Below are positions 9,962-21,221 of a stretch of DNA of 54,968 nucleotides, in pieces. Source of the stretch: a virus (Duplodnaviria; Caudoviricetes); the IMG/VR virus record IMGVR_UViG_3300026097_000029, positions 1 through 54,968 of that record. One strand, written 5' to 3'. The notes beneath the pieces are model-generated. The model was not told the origin of the DNA and made no database searches. It saw only the letters and a list, made by a program, of their open reading frames with translations. Positions within the stretch are counted from its first letter, which is position 1, and every line of letters starts with the position of its first letter. A program made the position numbers and the translations under genes.

Positions 9962-12900
9962 TTAAGTGCTAGTGTTGCTTAAAAATACTTCACTAGATAC
10001 TGAAAATAATTCTGTTTTTTCGTTGGTTTCTAATTCTAATTCTACGTCCATATAGTATCCTAAAATACCGCTTCCGTCTATGTTTTGATTTTTAGCAGTC
10101 ATAACAAATTCTCCTGCACTAAAGCTTGATGCATCAGCTACTGTTATACTATTTTCTGTAGTTTCTAGTATTACAGACGAGTTTCCATTTTGGTTTAACA
10201 ATAAGTCTCCTACGTAAACTTCTTCTGATACTGAGTTAAAAAATATTCTATTAAACACAAATCTATCTATTTGCCCTACCCCTTGTACAGATAAGGTGTT
10301 GTAGTCTATTTCTTCATTGCTTGTGCGTACATAGCTTCTGTATACTCCTTCTTGAAACCTAAAGTCGTCTTTATTTACTAATCCCTTTTGTATGTTGGTT
10401 TCTGTAGTTGCTTTCCACGAATCTGTACCGTCTGTTTCTATTGTTTTATAAACCTTACGTTGGTATGGCTCTTGGCTAAATATAAACTTAACCTTACTTA
10501 TTACACTTTGCCCATAAAACCTATTGTACACACCTGATTCTCTGTCGTTGTGTATGTATAAGTCTCCTTTGTCGAAGCTTAAAAAGTTACCATTGTAAGT
10601 TAACATTTCTTGTGGGTTGAAGCTTTGCTCTGTAACCCAACCACCGCCTTGTTGGTTTATATTTTCTTTATACCCTACTGTTATGTACTGAGAATTGTAT
10701 TTAACATTTATCATATACATATCGTTAAAGTCATCGTAACAACCTAGTATTTCTGTTATGTTAGACTCTAAAAATAAATTTCTAAAGAATGATTTAAATC
10801 CTACTCCACTTATCTCGAATATACCATTGTTACTAAGTCTACAAACAACGCCACGCTTTTTGTCTGAGAAGTAAATATAACTTTTAGTAGACACAAAGCT
10901 TCTAGGGTCTTGGCTTATTCCATATTCTCCTGAGTATGGTACTTGTTGTCCTAGTACACTCTCTATTCTAGATATGTTAGTAGTGCCGTCTGCGTTAAAT
11001 ATCTGTGTTTTACCAACCATTACATAAGACATCTTGTCTTCTTGTGCTACTATTATATTTGTATCTCTAGAGAATAATTTTTGTATTGAACCAAAAGACT
11101 TTTCTATATCGTCCTTAAAGTTTGCAGTAGATAAGTTAAACTCATTTAAGCCATTTACACCTGTGTTATTACTAAAGTCTGAACTAGAGTACGTAATATC
11201 TGCAAACCTATCTAACTCCCTGTAAGACGTTTCAGAAATAGATGTAGGTGCATAATCTACAACTAATCTATTTTCGTTAAATTGGTCTTTGTATTTAACG
11301 CTTTCTACACCGTTACCCTGAGCAAAACAATTAAACGCTTTTTCTAATAAGTGTTCCTGTTGCTCGTGTTGGTTGTTTATAATTTTATAAGTTTCGGGTG
11401 TCTCAAAAAATACTTCTTCAGATGCATCCTTAGGCTCTTTCTCAAAAGCTATTAAGCTATCTACAGAGCGAAATATTACTTCTGTACTTAATTTACTTCT
11501 TCTAGTGCTAGACCCTGCGTGTATTCCACGAATAATTATTTTATAAGGTTGTGTATTGTCTAATTCAAAAGGAGAAGGCTCTGGAAAAGTACCAATGGTT
11601 ATAGGTACTCCGTTTTGGTCTCTAAGAGTGTTGCTTGTAGCAGAAGCACCAGGAGAAGCAAATTCTCCACGCTCAACCCAAAAGTAAAATATTCGATTAG
11701 GGTCTTCTTCTGATTGAAACCCACCTAAAGGCATTGTTCCATTAGAAGCTATATCAGACGCATTTATCATGTTCTCAGGCTTAGGTATAGCCAAGTCCAT
11801 AAACTGTCTAATGTTATCGTAATCTTGATTTGCTACAAATCTTTTAGAGAATGTATAAGTAGGATTTTGGCTTCTTCTGTTTCTTAACTCTTTGAAATCT
11901 AAAACACTTCCTGCTGTTATTTCTAAATCTTCTAATAAAACGCTATTCTCATCTAAGGTTGCTGAAAAATCTCTAGTAGATGCAACTATAGGAACACCTT
12001 GTCTTCTTCTATCATTATCTTCAAAACTTCTAAACTCTCCTTCATCGTAATCTAAAAACAACCTTCCTGGCTTTATTTTAATGTAAGTACCTAACTCTTC
12101 TATTATTTCATTTCCATTTTCGTCTACGTTTACTTCTAAAAAGTTTTCTTGAAAGTTTCCTTTTTCTAAAACTTTTACTTTAACAACTTCGTCTATAATG
12201 TCTTCTGCATCTCTTTTAAATACAAGCTCATCTCCTACATCTACTTTATTAACATCGCTACCTTCTAGTTTAATCCAACGATAGTTTCCGTCTACATAAA
12301 AAATATTAGAGTATATTGTTTCCCATTCTTTTGTTTTCTTAATAGCAAACTTGTAATATTTAGCCCAATGTGGTGGTTTTTGTTCTTCGGGTATAGTTAC
12401 CTTTAATGTGTTCTTGCTTGCAGAATTAGATATATCTATAAACGTAGTGTTGTTTACAGAGTCTAACCCTGTTGTTCTTCTTCCTTCTTCATCTAAATAA
12501 AGTTGCACCACTTCGTAGCTTCTATTAGACTTCATAGATGAGTTTCCTGTGCTAGACGATATAGATGCGGTTGTGTTAGAGTTTAAGAATCTAGACACAA
12601 AAGTTGTTGTATAATCTGTATTACTGTAGAATATACTAGGATACTCTATTCCTATTTCTGTTTGAGATTGCAATGAAATTAAAAACGAACCTGCTCCAAA
12701 GTTTTGATTAAGTCCCGCAGTATTAGGTGGTCTATCTACTTCGTTTAGCATTTTGTTTTTTATAGAATCTAAAGCAGATATCAAACCTTCGTCTTGAGAC
12801 AAGTCTTGTGCGTTTTGTACTGTATCAGATATTAAGTATATAAGGTCTGTTTCGTAAGATATATTAAACTCTGCATCAAATAAAGAGAATGATATAACTA

Positions 12901-14590
12901 AGGTGTTGTCGTTCTGAAAGTCAATATTAGATAAGTCAAAAACAATTTCTCTAGGAGCAAGAGATGTACCACCTGTAACCCCTATGTTAAAGTCGTCTAT
13001 AGGTGTGGATTTAAAATCTACAGAGAAGTCTATTTTGCAATCGTCTCCGTTTGCGTCTATTAGGTTTCTTTGCTCGTTATAGTTTCCAAAGAATAGTTTG
13101 TTTTTAGCATAGCATTGTGCTTTAGCTTTTAATGGTACGTTATCAAAAACTCTATTGTACTCTCGCTCTGGCAATACCCTATATACCTTATTGTTTTTAA
13201 AGTTAAAAGTTTCTACAGTATCATCTAATATGTTTTTTTCTTTTTTGTTTATAGTCTCTATTATCTTCCAATTAAGAGAGTTTGATTCTCTAAATAACAA
13301 CTCTACTGCTTCTACGTTTTCGTCTCCTGTATTGTAATCTATAAGCACAGCGTTGTAAACGTTAACCATACCTAAGTTTTCGTAAGTATCGAAGTCTACG
13401 TTAAATTGACTTGGTAGAAAAGCATATTCTGTTGATGATGATTTAGCTGAAAAGTATCCATCTTTGTAAACATATCTATAAGCAAAAGATATAAATTTAT
13501 CTTCTATTTCGTTACTAGATTCTTCTGATGTATAAGGCTTTATAACAGGAGACTCTATAGGTGGTCTCTTGATTAAGTTTAAGTCTGTTATAAGTATCTC
13601 ATCTAACAAATACTTTTTACATCGTTCAATGTTTATTACTCTAGGTGGATTATCGTCTCCGCTAAACGCAACTAAGTCTGAGTCATTTTCGTTTACGTTT
13701 ATATAAATAGAATTAGAACTTACCACCTTTAAACCATCGTATTCAAAACCACTAGGGGTGCTGTATCTTACAACAGGGAAACTTACGTTTAAAGTACCAA
13801 AACTTTCTTGATATATGGAGTTAGCACCATACACGATTGAACTATCTGTAGTTCCTGTAGGTTCGTTTAGTAAAGATGTTTGTTCTTCTAAAAAAACATT
13901 TAATTGATTTATAAATCTATCTTTAGCTGATATTGCTGATTCGTTTTTAAATGTATGTGTAAATGTGATTGTATGTAGGCTTCCACTAAAATCTTCTACT
14001 TCAAAAAACAAACTTAATTTAGAGCCTACAACAGCTTCTCTTTGTAAGTTAAATATAGCTAAAGCATTTTCTGCTACTATGCTTTCTTGCGGTAAGTTTA
14101 CACTACTTACTGTTGCGGATTGTCTTTGATTAAAATAAACAGCACCTTCTGATACGGTTGATTTTACTATTATATCTGCATTTAGTATAGGTTTATCAAA
14201 GTTAAGTAAACCACTACCTGCTGTTGTTTGCAATACTATTTCTGTAACATCTGTAGAGAAGTCGTGTTCTATAATTAAGTCGTATTCATCAGACTTTACA
14301 AAGTAATATATTTTTTCTTTAGCTTGATTAGCTACAGATTTTAATACCACAGGGTTTGTTATGGATAAGTTTGAATTGCTTATAATATCCGCAGGGTCTT
14401 TAGACTTTAATACATCTATATTAGATACAACGCTATTTGCTAAAGGGTTTTCTATAGAACCTTTATCGTCTCCTTCTGAAGATACTATAATAGCGTTCTC
14501 TAGTTTTCTTACAGAACCATTAGGTAGTAAACGCTCATCTGCATCTCTATTAATGTTCCCTAGTATAAAATTGTTTGTTATCTTAGTCAT
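9962..14590 (-). CDS. Tail stabilisation (nozzle) protein
   Basis: 1542 aa; N-terminal NRDADERLLPNG, FAYRYVYKDG and C-terminal ELFSVSSE; position and size match Bacteroidota podovirus stabilisation proteins. Confidence 0.75.
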   Translation of the reverse strand: MTKITNNFILGNINRDADERLLPNGSVRKLENAIIVSSEGDDKGSIENPLANSVVSNIDVLKSKDPADIISNSNLSITNPVVLKSVANQAKEKIYYFVKSDEYDLIIEHDFSTDVTEIVLQTTAGSGLLNFDKPILNADIIVKSTVSEGAVYFNQRQSATVSSVNLPQESIVAENALAIFNLQREAVVGSKLSLFFEVEDFSGSLHTITFTHTFKNESAISAKDRFINQLNVFLEEQTSLLNEPTGTTDSSIVYGANSIYQESFGTLNVSFPVVRYSTPSGFEYDGLKVVSSNSIYINVNENDSDLVAFSGDDNPPRVINIERCKKYLLDEILITDLNLIKRPPIESPVIKPYTSEESSNEIEDKFISFAYRYVYKDGYFSAKSSSTEYAFLPSQFNVDFDTYENLGMVNVYNAVLIDYNTGDENVEAVELLFRESNSLNWKIIETINKKEKNILDDTVETFNFKNNKVYRVLPEREYNRVFDNVPLKAKAQCYAKNKLFFGNYNEQRNLIDANGDDCKIDFSVDFKSTPIDDFNIGVTGGTSLAPREIVFDLSNIDFQNDNTLVISFSLFDAEFNISYETDLIYLISDTVQNAQDLSQDEGLISALDSIKNKMLNEVDRPPNTAGLNQNFGAGSFLISLQSQTEIGIEYPSIFYSNTDYTTTFVSRFLNSNTTASISSSTGNSSMKSNRSYEVVQLYLDEEGRRTTGLDSVNNTTFIDISNSASKNTLKVTIPEEQKPPHWAKYYKFAIKKTKEWETIYSNIFYVDGNYRWIKLEGSDVNKVDVGDELVFKRDAEDIIDEVVKVKVLEKGNFQENFLEVNVDENGNEIIEELGTYIKIKPGRLFLDYDEGEFRSFEDNDRRRQGVPIVASTRDFSATLDENSVLLEDLEITAGSVLDFKELRNRRSQNPTYTFSKRFVANQDYDNIRQFMDLAIPKPENMINASDIASNGTMPLGGFQSEEDPNRIFYFWVERGEFASPGASATSNTLRDQNGVPITIGTFPEPSPFELDNTQPYKIIIRGIHAGSSTRRSKLSTEVIFRSVDSLIAFEKEPKDASEEVFFETPETYKIINNQHEQQEHLLEKAFNCFAQGNGVESVKYKDQFNENRLVVDYAPTSISETSYRELDRFADITYSSSDFSNNTGVNGLNEFNLSTANFKDDIEKSFGSIQKLFSRDTNIIVAQEDKMSYVMVGKTQIFNADGTTNISRIESVLGQQVPYSGEYGISQDPRSFVSTKSYIYFSDKKRGVVCRLSNNGIFEISGVGFKSFFRNLFLESNITEILGCYDDFNDMYMINVKYNSQYITVGYKENINQQGGGWVTEQSFNPQEMLTYNGNFLSFDKGDLYIHNDRESGVYNRFYGQSVISKVKFIFSQEPYQRKVYKTIETDGTDSWKATTETNIQKGLVNKDDFRFQEGVYRSYVRTSNEEIDYNTLSVQGVGQIDRFVFNRIFFNSVSEEVYVGDLLLNQNGNSSVILETTENSITVADASSFSAGEFVMTAKNQNIDGSGILGYYMDVELELETNEKTELFSVSSEVFLSNTST

Positions 14591-14593
14591 AGG

Positions 14594-15472
14594 TTATTTA
14601 ATCCAATTATTTCTGCCTTTCATTCGTTGAACTAACTGATGAAGTTTGTAGTTAGATAGTCTTAGCTTGGCTTTTTGATACTCTCTGTTGTAGTCTTTCT
14701 CTGCTCTACGAACAATGTATTCTGGGGTGTTTATTTTATTAGCTAATATTTGATGCCTAACATACATATACAACGCTACTTCCGCTAACTTATGTATCTT
14801 GATTTCTTCTACATCTGCACTCTCTAAACCATCGCTTATATACTCTAAAACAACTACTCTATTAGGTATGTCTGCACTAAATTGTATGTATCCGTCTTGC
14901 TTAGATATTACAAAAGTTCCATTTACATTAGCTAAAGTAGTATCTATGTTATAAGAGTTTCTACGTTGGTTTAAATGTCCTTCTTCATATCCACGAGCAT
15001 AATAATTGTTTCTTTCCGCACTTATGTTTGCTGAGTTGGTTTCTGTAATAGACGTTCCTTCTAAAGCGTTGCCTGCATCATCAAATAGTATTTTGTACTT
15101 ATTGTCTTGTAGGTAAGCTTTTACTATTCCTGTACGAGTAGACTCTATCATTGGTCTAAAATTACCATTGCTATCTACAGTAGATATTCTAACGTAGTTA
15201 ACGTAGTCTTGCGGTAGTATAAACCTTAAATCATCTCCTATCTCTAACTCTAGTTTTTTAATCTCTTTTAAAGCATCGTAATTTAACTCCTGTAAGCCTT
15301 TCTTTGCATGACCTATAATATCATATCGTCTAACATTATTAATAAGCTTATCGTCTCCTACGTACCTTAAAAGAAATGTGTCTATAATGTCGGCTAGAGT
15401 AGTGTATTGGTATCCGCCATAGTTTTCTTCAGAAGAATAATATTGTTCTTGTGTGCTATCTAAACCTGCCAT
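14594..15472 (-). CDS. Tail ring/adaptor structural protein
   Basis: 292 aa, HAKKGLQELNYD and LEYISDGL motifs; between capsid and nozzle genes. Confidence 0.6.
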   Translation of the reverse strand: MAGLDSTQEQYYSSEENYGGYQYTTLADIIDTFLLRYVGDDKLINNVRRYDIIGHAKKGLQELNYDALKEIKKLELEIGDDLRFILPQDYVNYVRISTVDSNGNFRPMIESTRTGIVKAYLQDNKYKILFDDAGNALEGTSITETNSANISAERNNYYARGYEEGHLNQRRNSYNIDTTLANVNGTFVISKQDGYIQFSADIPNRVVVLEYISDGLESADVEEIKIHKLAEVALYMYVRHQILANKINTPEYIVRRAEKDYNREYQKAKLRLSNYKLHQLVQRMKGRNNWIK

Positions 15473-16170
15473 TATTGTCTTTCTTTATTGTTTTTGTCTA
15501 CTTCTTCTTGCTTAGATACCTGTACTATATCAGCATCTCTTATACTTAAACCTAAGTAGGATAATACTTTTATTGTAACTGCTACTTCATCGCTAGGGTG
15601 TAACTCTAAATCTTGAAAGTCTGACGCATCAGGATTGTAAATAGGGTTTCCTTGTACTTCTATAAACGTCCACTTTGGTTGTTTAGGTCGTCTAATATAA
15701 AACACCTTTACATCTTCCTGTATCTCGCTAGGATATAGTTGCAAATTACCACCATAATCTACGTACATTGGGTGTCTTAATGTAGGAGATGCGTAATTTT
15801 CTTCTGCTAATAACTCTATTATAGACTTAGGTGCTTTTTCTGCTATTTTGTTTTTATAGAACACTTGTTGTACTCTATATACATCTAAGCCTGTTGGCTC
15901 AAATCTTTCTGTAGTAGAGTTAAATGTGTAAGGGTCTTTTTCTGCAAACACATCTATCTTTTCTTGTATGTTTTTAGGTATATCGCTATACTCAGAATTA
16001 CTCATTCTGTTGTTTTGCATATTTATCCACCTGTTGTAATGATAAAAGTTTTCTTCAAAGATAGATAATTGAGCTAATGCAACTAATCTATTAAATTCAG
16101 CAGGACTTACAAACCCCCTATTTTCCTTATTCATTAAGGTTAAAGTAGTATTTCTTACCCTATTAATCAT
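15472..16170 (-). CDS. Tail tubular/gatekeeper ring protein
   Basis: NKENRGFVSPAEFN and YIRRPKQPKW motifs; start moved to ATG 16170 because the upstream extension runs through a promoter motif. Confidence 0.65.
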   Translation of the reverse strand: MINRVRNTTLTLMNKENRGFVSPAEFNRLVALAQLSIFEENFYHYNRWINMQNNRMSNSEYSDIPKNIQEKIDVFAEKDPYTFNSTTERFEPTGLDVYRVQQVFYKNKIAEKAPKSIIELLAEENYASPTLRHPMYVDYGGNLQLYPSEIQEDVKVFYIRRPKQPKWTFIEVQGNPIYNPDASDFQDLELHPSDEVAVTIKVLSYLGLSIRDADIVQVSKQEEVDKNNKERQ

Positions 16171-16256
16171 ATAACTAACATTTATACAAAGATACAAAAT
16201 AAAAAAAAGGACAACCGAATTAACGATTGCCCTTAATTTAACTAATCTATAAACTA

Positions 16257-17582
16257 CTATGCTACTACTTTAGCAAAGTTGTTTCGTCCTAGAGTACATA
16301 AAGCACGCTCACTTAAGAAGTGTAACTCGTTTGCATCTAAGTCTGAGTTTGATGCTCCTACTGCACCACCTGTCATCCATGTTCTGTAACGTCTGTCTTC
16401 TGTTGGAGAAGATAAATACTTAACGTGTAAGAAAGGTAATGTTGCATTTTCTCCCATTACTTCGTCGTAAACGCTAGTTGTTCCTGATGGAGCAATTACT
16501 GCATTTACTTTTCCTGTACCTGTAAATCCACCACGAGTAGTAATGTCATTCAAGTATTTCCATGAAGTCTTGTAGAACTCATAGTCTGCACGTCTAAAGC
16601 CAATGAAGCCTAAGTTTAACGCCATTTGCTCATCGTTACCGAATGCACCATAAGATGTACCACCTGAACCATAAGAGTTTTGAGACGCTAATAAGTCATC
16701 AATAGCTAGAGATTGGTCTCTGTTTGTGAAAATCATATTCTCAGCAATAGCACCCTGAGCATCGAAACGCTTTAAAATACTATCGAAGTCTGCTAAAGTA
16801 TCAGCAACACCGTCAAATACGTTTGCTTCATCTAAAGCTTCAAAGAAACCTTCTGTACCTTTTTTACCTGCTCCTGCTGCATCAGAACCTGACTCAACAC
16901 TTTTAGCTTCAATCATAGCCATCTCTAAAACGTCATCAAAACGTCTACGAGTTTGTGCTCTAGATTTCAAGTACCAGTAGTAACCACCTGACTCTACATC
17001 TTCAATCCAACCAATTTGAGTTGCGTCTGTTCCATTTACAGTATCCTTGTCTTTGATAATTACAGGGCTGTTTTCGTAGATGTCTGGCTGAGCTTCTAAG
17101 CTTTCAGACATACCATTAGTGCCTTTACCAAATTCGTTACCATATACAAAACAGTTGATGCCTGTAGTGCCGATAGTGAAACCACCTGACAAGTTAGATA
17201 CTGCTGTAAATGTATCTGAATCAGCTACTGCTGTAACATAACCTACATTCTCTACTGAGCCATCGTTAAAGATAATAGTTTCGTTTACTCGGAAGTTGTG
17301 GTCTGCTAATGTAAATACATTTGCTGAACGAGCTGCACCTACACCTGCACGTCTTAAACGACCTTCTTCAGACCATTTAATGATTTGAGATGAGCAAGGT
17401 ACTTCACTTGCTGTTTGCTCTAAGAATCCTTTAATAGATTGACTACCGTATCGAGCGAACTCTTCATTGATAGTATCAGGTAAAAACTGATTCTCGAAAT
17501 TTACTACATCTAAGTAGTTGCTTGCCAACACTTCTTGCGTTGGGGATGGGGTTAATTTAATCCCTGTTGAACGTAATGCCAT
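16257..17582 (-). CDS. Major capsid protein
   Basis: 441 aa after portal and scaffold; IKWSEEGRL and HFLSERALCTLGRNNF motifs. Confidence 0.85.
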   Translation of the reverse strand: MALRSTGIKLTPSPTQEVLASNYLDVVNFENQFLPDTINEEFARYGSQSIKGFLEQTASEVPCSSQIIKWSEEGRLRRAGVGAARSANVFTLADHNFRVNETIIFNDGSVENVGYVTAVADSDTFTAVSNLSGGFTIGTTGINCFVYGNEFGKGTNGMSESLEAQPDIYENSPVIIKDKDTVNGTDATQIGWIEDVESGGYYWYLKSRAQTRRRFDDVLEMAMIEAKSVESGSDAAGAGKKGTEGFFEALDEANVFDGVADTLADFDSILKRFDAQGAIAENMIFTNRDQSLAIDDLLASQNSYGSGGTSYGAFGNDEQMALNLGFIGFRRADYEFYKTSWKYLNDITTRGGFTGTGKVNAVIAPSGTTSVYDEVMGENATLPFLHVKYLSSPTEDRRYRTWMTGGAVGASNSDLDANELHFLSERALCTLGRNNFAKVVA

Positions 17583-17588
17583 AATTTG

Positions 17589-18758
17589 TTATTTTTTTTG
17601 TTTAAAACCGAATTTTTGTGTACTCTCTCCTACAACTCTAAGACCCTTTTTGGCTTTTGAAAAATCAGGTGCTTTTCTTCCGCTAAAGTTTATGTTTTTT
17701 GAATCCATAGCATCAGATTTAATAGCATCTGTTTTCCCTTGTTCGTAAAAATGACTTGCTAGTTTGTCGACATTCATAGCAGCATTTAAAGCCTTGTGGT
17801 ATCCTTTTATGTCTACTAGATTACCTTGTTCATCTGTAAACTTAGAAATGAAATTGTTAATGTCAGACTGAGACTCTGCAATGTTTTTAGAATCTTTATC
17901 TGCCTTAAAGCTAAACTCCTTATCTCCGATACTATATTTGAAACCTTCAAAATCATCGGTAAATAATTCCTTCGTCTTTTTAACAAAATCATTAGTCCTT
18001 TGTTGGATTAACTCTTGTTGTTGTTCTTGAGACCTACTTATCTCATCAAGCTTAGCTTTTGCTTCTTTATAGTCGCTTGGAATAGACTCACTTTGCGAAG
18101 ACCCTTCGATTGGTGATTTGTACTTTTCCTTTTTGGATTCTAAATAACTAATAGCTTCACTTAATAATTTCTTTTCTTTTCTTTTTTTCTTTTTAACTTC
18201 ATCTTCATCATCCAAACTTTCATCGTAGCTAAACTCGGACATTTCGTCTTTTATGTCTTGCTCATCAAAGTAAGGGTTCTTTTCCTTCAAGTACGTTTCT
18301 AAAACTTTAGTTTTATCTTCAGACTTCCAATCTTTTTGCAATTCTAAGTAGTCTTGATAACTTCTATTTGTTTCTTTCTTGTACTCTAAATACTTTTTAA
18401 CATCTTCAGGAACATCTAATTCTTTTTGCTCTTGCTTAGTTAATGACTCAAAGTTGTCTATTTCTAAACCCTTTTTGTCTTTTAAGTATTGTAATACTAA
18501 CTCGTCATTTATTTCTTTTTCTTGAGCAGCTCCTTTGTCTTGTTCTTGCAACTGCTTCCCTTCATCTTGCTCTTGCTCTTGCTGTACGATTTTTTCATTT
18601 TCTTCTGTATTTGTTGTTTGTTGTTCCTGCTCTTGTTCTTTAGACTCTTCTTTTTTAGTTTCTGAAAACATCTTTCTTTTGTTTGATGTTTCGTCTCCAA
18701 CCATTCTTAAGTTGCCTAAAGGATTTTTAACTTCTTCTGTATTTGATTCGCTATTCAT
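17589..18758 (-). CDS. Capsid scaffolding protein
   Basis: Acidic coiled-coil protein between portal and capsid; HFYEQGK motif. Confidence 0.7.
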   Translation of the reverse strand: MNSESNTEEVKNPLGNLRMVGDETSNKRKMFSETKKEESKEQEQEQQTTNTEENEKIVQQEQEQDEGKQLQEQDKGAAQEKEINDELVLQYLKDKKGLEIDNFESLTKQEQKELDVPEDVKKYLEYKKETNRSYQDYLELQKDWKSEDKTKVLETYLKEKNPYFDEQDIKDEMSEFSYDESLDDEDEVKKKKRKEKKLLSEAISYLESKKEKYKSPIEGSSQSESIPSDYKEAKAKLDEISRSQEQQQELIQQRTNDFVKKTKELFTDDFEGFKYSIGDKEFSFKADKDSKNIAESQSDINNFISKFTDEQGNLVDIKGYHKALNAAMNVDKLASHFYEQGKTDAIKSDAMDSKNINFSGRKAPDFSKAKKGLRVVGESTQKFGFKQKK

Positions 18759-18800
18759 ATAAAGTAAATTTATTTATGTTACAAAGATAATTATATTTTT

Positions 18801-21221
18801 TTACTCTAATTCAAAGGCACTTAACTCGTCTTGTTCGTCAAAGTTAATAGCAGGCATATCTTTCTGTCTTTGCTCTATAAGCTTAGACTGAGCCGTTGCT
18901 TCTTTCTTTACACGCTCGTCTTTACGATTTTCCTTCATTAACTCTTTTTCCATTCGTTCTTGTCTTTCTTCTTGCTTAACAGGAATTTCGTAAGACGCTT
19001 TCACTTCTTCGTGCTGGTTTTTAAGCTTGTATTCTTCTTGCATTTTTTGCATAGAGTTTTGGTGTCTTAAAGCTTCTAGCTTTCCTTCTGCATCTATACT
19101 CATGGCTTGCTCTTGTTGCTTAGCTTGAGACGCTGCTTGTGCAGACTGAATGTTAGCTTGTTTTTGAGCTTCTATTTCTTGCATTTTTCGCTCTTGCATC
19201 TTTTGCTCTCTTCTTTTCTTACGTATCTTTAGTATCTCGTTAGCGTATTTTATATTTTTAATAGCCATTATATCTATCTTATCTTCTGTACCTAATGTAC
19301 CGTTTTGTATTTCGATAGCTATATCTCTCTCTAGTTGTGCTTTTTCTTCGTCGTCCATAGATAGGTCTACAAAAATAGCAAAGTCGTGTAAGTGTAAATC
19401 GTTAACAAATTCTAAGCTTCTTACGTTATAACTACCTATTTTGTTTATTAAATCTTCTTTTGTTTTACTATACTCTAATATGTCTGATATTCTGTAAGAC
19501 AATGACTGAAACAATCTACGAGTTATATACTTACTAGCTTCTAATATGTGTCTTGTAGCTACGTTAGAGTTGTATGCTGCCATTTTTTGAATACCAACTA
19601 AAGCATCTTTATCGGGCGTACTAGCGTCTACTGCTTCGTTAACCCCTGTAATGTCTCTTATTTGTTGTATATTAAACATATATTGCTTCTCTAAAGCCGC
19701 TAACTTGTTGTTAAATCCTGACGTTGTAATTTCTTGAATAGGAACTTTGCCATGATTAAAGTCTCCACCATAGTTTTGACTTCTACCAAAGATACTACCT
19801 GTTTTCATATACATATCAAAGGCTTCTTGCGGAGAGTAGCTACCACCGTCTCCTAAGTCTATTTCAGCTAGTCCGTCTACATCTATAAACTGACCGTCTG
19901 GAACCATCATTTGCAAGGTTTGTTGTATCTTGTAATCTAGCATCTTTATTTTATCTGCAAATGGTATCATTCGCTTAACTAAAGAGTCTATTTTGTTTTT
20001 ATACATATTAGGAGCACAAATAACATAGTTGTTTAATACTCTGTTGTTGTTGGATTTTGGTCTTACTTGATTTTCTGCTAATTCCCAACGCAACATGATA
20101 TTAGTGCCTAAAACATAAGCACCTTCAAACCATATTTCTTCATACTTTGTTAGCTTATCAAAATCTCTATCTCCTTTTCCTTTTACTTCAAAGTCTTTAT
20201 CTTTTTTAATTATTTTTCTACCGCCTGTTTTATTAGACTTTTCTTTATATATCTTTTTTCTTACTGTTTTATATGAGAAGTTTAATATAGCTATTTTACC
20301 ATCTAGGTTGTCATCGTAATCATCCCAACCATCTAAACCATGATAGTCCGCCCAAGTAGTAGACGCTTCTTGTATTCTATCACGTTCTTCGTCTGATAGG
20401 TAAGGGTGTTCTTTAATTACATTAGATATTAATTCGTTTTTAAACTCTCCTACATAGTAAACATCTTTAAAGTAAGGGTCTTCGGTATAACTCCATATTA
20501 AATTCTCAGGGTCTACGTAGTCTAATATAACACCATCTGAATGAGAGTATATGCTCTTAGATGCACCAATACCTAAATCTACAAGGTCTTTTTCTACTCT
20601 ACGTCTAGTAGTTTCGTTGTATTCGTTTTCTTCTGATATGGTTGTAATAGCAGCTTCTTCTGCGATTTCTATAGCAGGTTTATATTTAATCTCTGTGTAT
20701 ATATCTAATTCGTTGTCATCTTCTGGAAGCTCTCTAGGGTCTGCTGTAAATGTATCTATTCCCATTTGTTTTGCTTTTAACGAAAAGTCTTTAGTAACCA
20801 TGTCTTTTTTTATGGCTTCTCTAAATTCTATACGTTTAGCTGTGCTTTCTCTGTCTACTGAAAACGCTTTTATTTGATAATCTCTTTGTGATATACCATT
20901 AGCCACTAAGTCCGCAAACTTAGGTACAATAGGTATTGGAGTGTCGTCTAAATTAATGTAAGATATATCCCCATCATCTCCCATTTGTTTTTTAATATGG
21001 GTCGTTGAGTTTTCTCCACGAGCATAAGAACGTCTTAATCTAAACTCAGTCCTGTTATCGTAAAATGTAGAATAACCTGTGCCTTCACGCTTAAACCATT
21101 CGCCTTGTATGGCTTTGGCTACTTGCAAACCATACTCTATATCTTTTTGTATAGAGAAGTCGTCTGTTTGCTTAGGGAAAGCTACTTTGCTTATTGCTAA
21201 TTTGGCTTTTTTCTCTCTCAT
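18801..21221 (-). CDS. Portal protein
   Basis: 806 aa directly after terminase; PIVPKFADLVANG, IRDITGVNEA, coiled-coil C-terminus. Confidence 0.85.
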   Translation of the reverse strand: MREKKAKLAISKVAFPKQTDDFSIQKDIEYGLQVAKAIQGEWFKREGTGYSTFYDNRTEFRLRRSYARGENSTTHIKKQMGDDGDISYINLDDTPIPIVPKFADLVANGISQRDYQIKAFSVDRESTAKRIEFREAIKKDMVTKDFSLKAKQMGIDTFTADPRELPEDDNELDIYTEIKYKPAIEIAEEAAITTISEENEYNETTRRRVEKDLVDLGIGASKSIYSHSDGVILDYVDPENLIWSYTEDPYFKDVYYVGEFKNELISNVIKEHPYLSDEERDRIQEASTTWADYHGLDGWDDYDDNLDGKIAILNFSYKTVRKKIYKEKSNKTGGRKIIKKDKDFEVKGKGDRDFDKLTKYEEIWFEGAYVLGTNIMLRWELAENQVRPKSNNNRVLNNYVICAPNMYKNKIDSLVKRMIPFADKIKMLDYKIQQTLQMMVPDGQFIDVDGLAEIDLGDGGSYSPQEAFDMYMKTGSIFGRSQNYGGDFNHGKVPIQEITTSGFNNKLAALEKQYMFNIQQIRDITGVNEAVDASTPDKDALVGIQKMAAYNSNVATRHILEASKYITRRLFQSLSYRISDILEYSKTKEDLINKIGSYNVRSLEFVNDLHLHDFAIFVDLSMDDEEKAQLERDIAIEIQNGTLGTEDKIDIMAIKNIKYANEILKIRKKRREQKMQERKMQEIEAQKQANIQSAQAASQAKQQEQAMSIDAEGKLEALRHQNSMQKMQEEYKLKNQHEEVKASYEIPVKQEERQERMEKELMKENRKDERVKKEATAQSKLIEQRQKDMPAINFDEQDELSAFELE

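Noticed and set aside
16171-16197. MYLC... N-terminal extensions (also 25504-25530)
   Set aside because: They are translations of the TATCTTTG promoter element; the downstream ATGs are more plausible starts.
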